The notes under the pieces are model-generated. The model was not told the DNA's origin, ran no database searches, and saw nothing but the letters and a program-made list of their open reading frames with translations. Below are positions 32,609-35,295 of a stretch of 35,295 bases of DNA, piece after piece (the stretch's first letter is position 1; each line of letters opens with the position of its first letter). Both the position numbers and the translations under genes were made by a program. This DNA is from a virus (Duplodnaviria > Caudoviricetes), in IMG/VR virus record IMGVR_UViG_3300025534_000022, positions 1 to 35,295 of that record. One strand, given 5' to 3'.

Positions 32609-32898
32609 AATCCGCACCCGCGCTGGTTCAGCGCTTCGAGCAGCATGGCGTTTTCAGCGCGGAGGCGGTCAATCTCCCTTTCCGCCGCCAATGCCCGGCG
32701 GATTGCATACGGCCAGCCCTCGCGGGCCTCGGCCACAAAACGAAGATCATCCCGGGTTGAAAGGTAAGAGAGTAAAAGTGCGTATTCCTCGCGTTTTACG
32801 GAAACTCTGTCAAATGTCCACGGCCCCGGCGTCGCCGCCTCGCAGATCGCAAGATCGGCTTCCAGATCCCGTGCTTGGTTCTTTGACGCGGTATTCAT
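32605..32898 (-). CDS. Hypothetical protein with Ead/Ea22-like ATPGPW motif
   Basis: EAATPGPW and DLRFVAEAR motifs; coupled to both neighbours. Confidence 0.7.
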   Translation of the reverse strand: MNTASKNQARDLEADLAICEAATPGPWTFDRVSVKREEYALLLSYLSTRDDLRFVAEAREGWPYAIRRALAAEREIDRLRAENAMLLEALNQRGCGL

Positions 32899-33317
32899 TC
32901 CAGCAGCGCCTCCAGTTCGCGTTTGAACGCAATTCGCTTATCGTTCGGCACAGCCGTGATGTTCGAAACACCGTATTTGTTCAGCAACTCCTTAATCGCG
33001 GCTTTCGCTTCCGGTCCTTTCGCGCCGACATTTCTCGCCAATTCACGGAGCTCGACGTCAGAAGGGATCGGCTCGTCGGAGGCGCTGTTGTCGTCGATAT
33101 CGAGTTCGTTGCCGGTCGGCTCATCTTCCGGCTCTGTCGCTGCGGCTGGCGGCACCTTGGTGCGTGCAACACGCGTAGAACGTTCGGCTTTCGGTGCTTC
33201 CGGAGCATGTGTAGGTTCAGCCGGAATGCTTCGACCGGTGATTCCGGCGGACAGAGCAGCGAGCTCTTGAATAGCTTCATTGGCATTTTCACCGTTGATG
33301 ACGATTTGGACAGACAC
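32895..33317 (-). CDS. Conserved hypothetical protein preceding DUF2800 (acidic/Pro linker, helical C-terminus)
   Basis: GGAGG RBS; C-terminal IKELLNKYGVSNITAV, typical of this position in such modules. Confidence 0.8.
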   Translation of the reverse strand: MSVQIVINGENANEAIQELAALSAGITGRSIPAEPTHAPEAPKAERSTRVARTKVPPAAATEPEDEPTGNELDIDDNSASDEPIPSDVELRELARNVGAKGPEAKAAIKELLNKYGVSNITAVPNDKRIAFKRELEALLE

Positions 33318-33338
33318 GGATGATTCCTCCCAAATAGT

Positions 33339-33349
33339 TGTGGTATAAT
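33339..33349 (+). promoter_or_regulatory. Extended -10 promoter antisense to the early operon
   Basis: TGTGGTATAAT matches the TRTGnTATAAT consensus. Confidence 0.6.
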
Positions 33350-33368
33350 GATTGAAAGTGGATTTTCT

Positions 33369-33524
33369 TTATGCAGTCGCTTCGGGTGACTGCTCTTTTT
33401 GTTTGAGTCGCGATGCGCAGCGTTCCAATTGTTGCTGGTAGATTTTCCGGGCTTGTTTCGATTTCGCGAATATGATTAGCTGCATCAGATTGCCACAAAC
33501 ACGGAGTCGTTGTTTTCGGGACAC
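33369..33524 (-). CDS. Small basic hypothetical protein (51 aa)
   Basis: Perfect AAAGGAGGTGA RBS before GTG 33524. Confidence 0.65.
   Translation of the reverse strand: MSRKQRLRVCGNLMQLIIFAKSKQARKIYQQQLERCASRLKQKEQSPEATA
33373..33400 (+). terminator. Intrinsic terminator of the putative short antisense RNA
   Basis: GCAGUCGC-UUCGG-GUGACUGC followed by UCUUUUU. Confidence 0.7.
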
Positions 33525-33541
33525 GGTTTGGTCACCTCCTT

Positions 33542-33718
33542 TCAAGCGGATTCTCCAAATGTCAATTCCCAACTACCACGCTCGACCATTTCCAAATACC
33601 GCTCAAACGTCAGCCCATACCGTTCCCGGATCCGCAGTGCCACAAACAACCTGCCCAGCCGGTCCACCGTGTCGTCGGGATGCGCGTAGCCGTCAGATTC
33701 ACTACACGGTTTGGTCAT
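33542..33718 (-). CDS. Small hypothetical protein (58 aa; not in the ORF track)
   Basis: MTKPCSESDGYAHPDDTVDRLGRLFVALRIRERYGLTFERYLEMV...; fills the gap. Confidence 0.6.
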   Translation of the reverse strand: MTKPCSESDGYAHPDDTVDRLGRLFVALRIRERYGLTFERYLEMVERGSWELTFGESA

Positions 33719-33887
33719 CGTTGGTCACCGTCCTTCCGTTCATCTTCTGAATCCGCCTGTATCCGTCCTCGCCATACTGTTCCTTCTGGACTTCGTGCGT
33801 AGCGAGTACGGCCACGCCGCCAGCTGCTTGAACGATGAATCCGTATTCCTCGGCCAATTTCAAAACTTCAGTCCAATGCTGGTCCAC
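33702..33887 (-). CDS. Small hypothetical protein (61 aa)
   Basis: AAGGTGG RBS; overlaps both neighbours. Confidence 0.65.
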   Translation of the reverse strand: MDQHWTEVLKLAEEYGFIVQAAGGVAVLATHEVQKEQYGEDGYRRIQKMNGRTVTNDDQTV

Positions 33888-34050
33888 AATTCGCCACCTT
33901 CTTCGCTGTCAAAATCGACGCCCCGCACCACGGGTCGTTAAAACGTCGCCCCGTCATCCGGCAGTAGATGCGTTTCGCCTCGGTGCTGTTTCGGGCCTCG
34001 ATCAGGGTGCGGCGCTTCTCCCAGCTGACGCCTACGGAGTAGGTGTTCAT
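33868..34050 (-). CDS. Small hypothetical protein (60 aa)
   Basis: ATGA overlap; GAGG RBS. Confidence 0.6.
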   Translation of the reverse strand: MNTYSVGVSWEKRRTLIEARNSTEAKRIYCRMTGRRFNDPWCGASILTAKKVANCGPALD

Positions 34051-34301
34051 ATCATCCTCGCCTCCAATTCATCTATCTGTCGACAAATCTCCTGCTCCCA
34101 CTCAAAATCCCCAGTGCAATGTGCCACGAATGCGAGCTCTTTGAGCTCATCGAGCTGACGGACCAGCATCATGTTCTGCCGCAACAGCGGCAGGATCATC
34201 CGCAATTCCGGCATGCCGAGAACGATGTCGCCTGTGCGGTGGTTCGTACACATGTACGTGATCTCGGCCAGCCGGCGGTGAACGGGATGGATGGTGATCA
34301 T
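34047..34301 (-). CDS. Hypothetical protein (84 aa, IHPVHRRLAE N-terminus)
   Basis: ATGA overlap with the HTH gene; the longer ORF-track start overlaps that gene. Confidence 0.75.
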   Translation of the reverse strand: MITIHPVHRRLAEITYMCTNHRTGDIVLGMPELRMILPLLRQNMMLVRQLDELKELAFVAHCTGDFEWEQEICRQIDELEARMI

Positions 34302-34615
34302 CCGCTTTTCACCCTTTCCGGACGATAGTTCAGCTCCTCTTGCTCCCGAATCCACTGATCGAGGCGACGAGCGCTGAAAAGGTATCGCGGGTTTTTCGAG
34401 TTTTCCGCACCATACACCCTGTGCGGGATGCGCTTGGACCGTATCAGTTGCCTCAGCGTGTACTCGCTCATATGCAAGTAGTCGCATGCCTCTGCGAACG
34501 TGAGCGTGCGATCCGGGGCGGCGCTGAGCTCGGTGCGAAGCTCTTCGAGGAGCTCGGCTTTGAGCTGTTCGCGTAGTTGATCGATGAATGCGGCAAAGGC
34601 TTTTTCGGGGGTCAT
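34298..34615 (-). CDS. Excisionase-family (HTH_17) DNA-binding protein
   Basis: LTFAEACDYLHMSEYTLRQLIRSKRIP...YLFSARRLDQWI. Confidence 0.85.
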   Translation of the reverse strand: MTPEKAFAAFIDQLREQLKAELLEELRTELSAAPDRTLTFAEACDYLHMSEYTLRQLIRSKRIPHRVYGAENSKNPRYLFSARRLDQWIREQEELNYRPERVKSG

Positions 34616-34618
34616 GAT

Positions 34619-34834
34619 TTAGATCCACCCCCGCATTTTCCAGCACGGCATCATCGCGTTCAGCGTGTCCTGGGCTTTGGCGGAAAGTTTCTCCGGGTCC
34701 AGCTCGGCGATGATCGTTTTGAATGGCTTGCCTTTGAGTCCGCCGATCAGCTGATCGATCTCACCGAACAGCTCGGCCGCTCGATCATGTTGCGACTTGC
34801 TGGAAAGCTCATGGAACGGTTTGAATCGGGGCAT
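34619..34834 (-). CDS. Hypothetical protein (71 aa)
   Basis: AAAGGAGG RBS. Confidence 0.7.
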   Translation of the reverse strand: MPRFKPFHELSSKSQHDRAAELFGEIDQLIGGLKGKPFKTIIAELDPEKLSAKAQDTLNAMMPCWKMRGWI

Positions 34835-34840
34835 TGGTTG

Positions 34841-34990
34841 TCAGCCTCCTTTCTTGAGCGCACGGCGGATAGCTTCTAAATAATCCCGTTCCATCTCAGC
34901 CACTTCTTCGGCGGTGTACCGTTCAATTTCACCATCCATCTGCACGATGCAACCGCCGTCTGGCATATCGGTGATTTTGATATCATCCAC
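34841..34990 (-). CDS. Small hypothetical protein (49 aa; not in the ORF track)
   Basis: MDDIKITDMPDGGCIVQMDGEIERYTAEEVAEMERDYLEAIRRALKKGG; fills the gap. Confidence 0.55.
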   Translation of the reverse strand: MDDIKITDMPDGGCIVQMDGEIERYTAEEVAEMERDYLEAIRRALKKGG

Positions 34991-35295
34991 TGCCTTTCAC
35001 CAGCTCGATTAACTTTTGCCTACCGCGCTCGTTATACCGGAACGATTGTACTTGCTTGTCGCTGTACGGCGATTTGTCCAGCGCCATGATGCCGTACTCT
35101 TCCGTTTTCAGACCGTGTGTGTTGGCGATTTTGCCAACTTTGTTTGCGCTGATTCCGAGTTCCTTGCCAATCTCGGTTGCTGTGTAGTGCTTACCGCCAA
35201 TGTCCGGCCGATACTCCGTAGGCTTGTCGATCAAACGTTCCAACGCGTTAATGCTGAGCAGTTCGACGGCCACCGGCGAAAGCGTTTTGTTCTTT
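34983..35295 (-). CDS. C-terminal part of an antirepressor-like protein (start outside the window)
   Basis: YTATEIGKELGISANKVGKIAN...DKSPYSDKQVQSFRYN resembles C-termini of phage antirepressors; frame stays open to the window edge. Confidence 0.7.
   Translation of the reverse strand, partial: KNKTLSPVAVELLSINALERLIDKPTEYRPDIGGKHYTATEIGKELGISANKVGKIANTHGLKTEEYGIMALDKSPYSDKQVQSFRYNERGRQKLIELVKGSG

Larger units (their letters stand above)
1..35295 (-). mobile_element. Prophage/temperate phage interior: replication, late control, packaging, head and contractile (PBSX-like) tail modules; both ends lie outside the window
   Basis: Continuous co-oriented phage gene order from early genes to tail fibre; no host housekeeping genes; no integrase, att site or lysis genes in the window. 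Confidence 0.97.

Overview
The whole window is the interior of a temperate phage or prophage from a GC-rich Bacillales host, probably Paenibacillaceae-like (inference). Essentially all genes lie on the minus strand. In transcription order (right to left) it holds: the end of an antirepressor-like gene and a cluster of small early genes; an APSE-like replication module (DUF2800 nuclease, DUF2815 SSB, MazG-like protein, family A DNA polymerase, VapE primase-helicase, putative origin, VRR-NUC, SNF2 helicase) interrupted by a four-gene Zn-finger/HTH + SF2 helicase + amino-methyltransferase cassette; a PBSX Xpf-like late regulator; a ~400-nt highly structured late leader; SPP1-like packaging and head genes; and a PBSX XkdK-XkdU-like contractile tail ending in a truncated tail fibre. 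The most interesting signals are: (1) a MuF minor head protein with a low-GC HEXXH peptidase extension plus a small coupled gene, a candidate virion-delivered effector/immunity pair; (2) the nuclease-less helicase-methyltransferase cassette; (3) the late-control region, with four phased TGACGT boxes, two terminators, a 9-bp antiterminator pairing and a convergent promoter-terminator mini-unit that is mirrored in the early region; (4) a moron whose RBS is occluded only on the read-through late mRNA. All family names come from motif recognition and synteny, not database searches.
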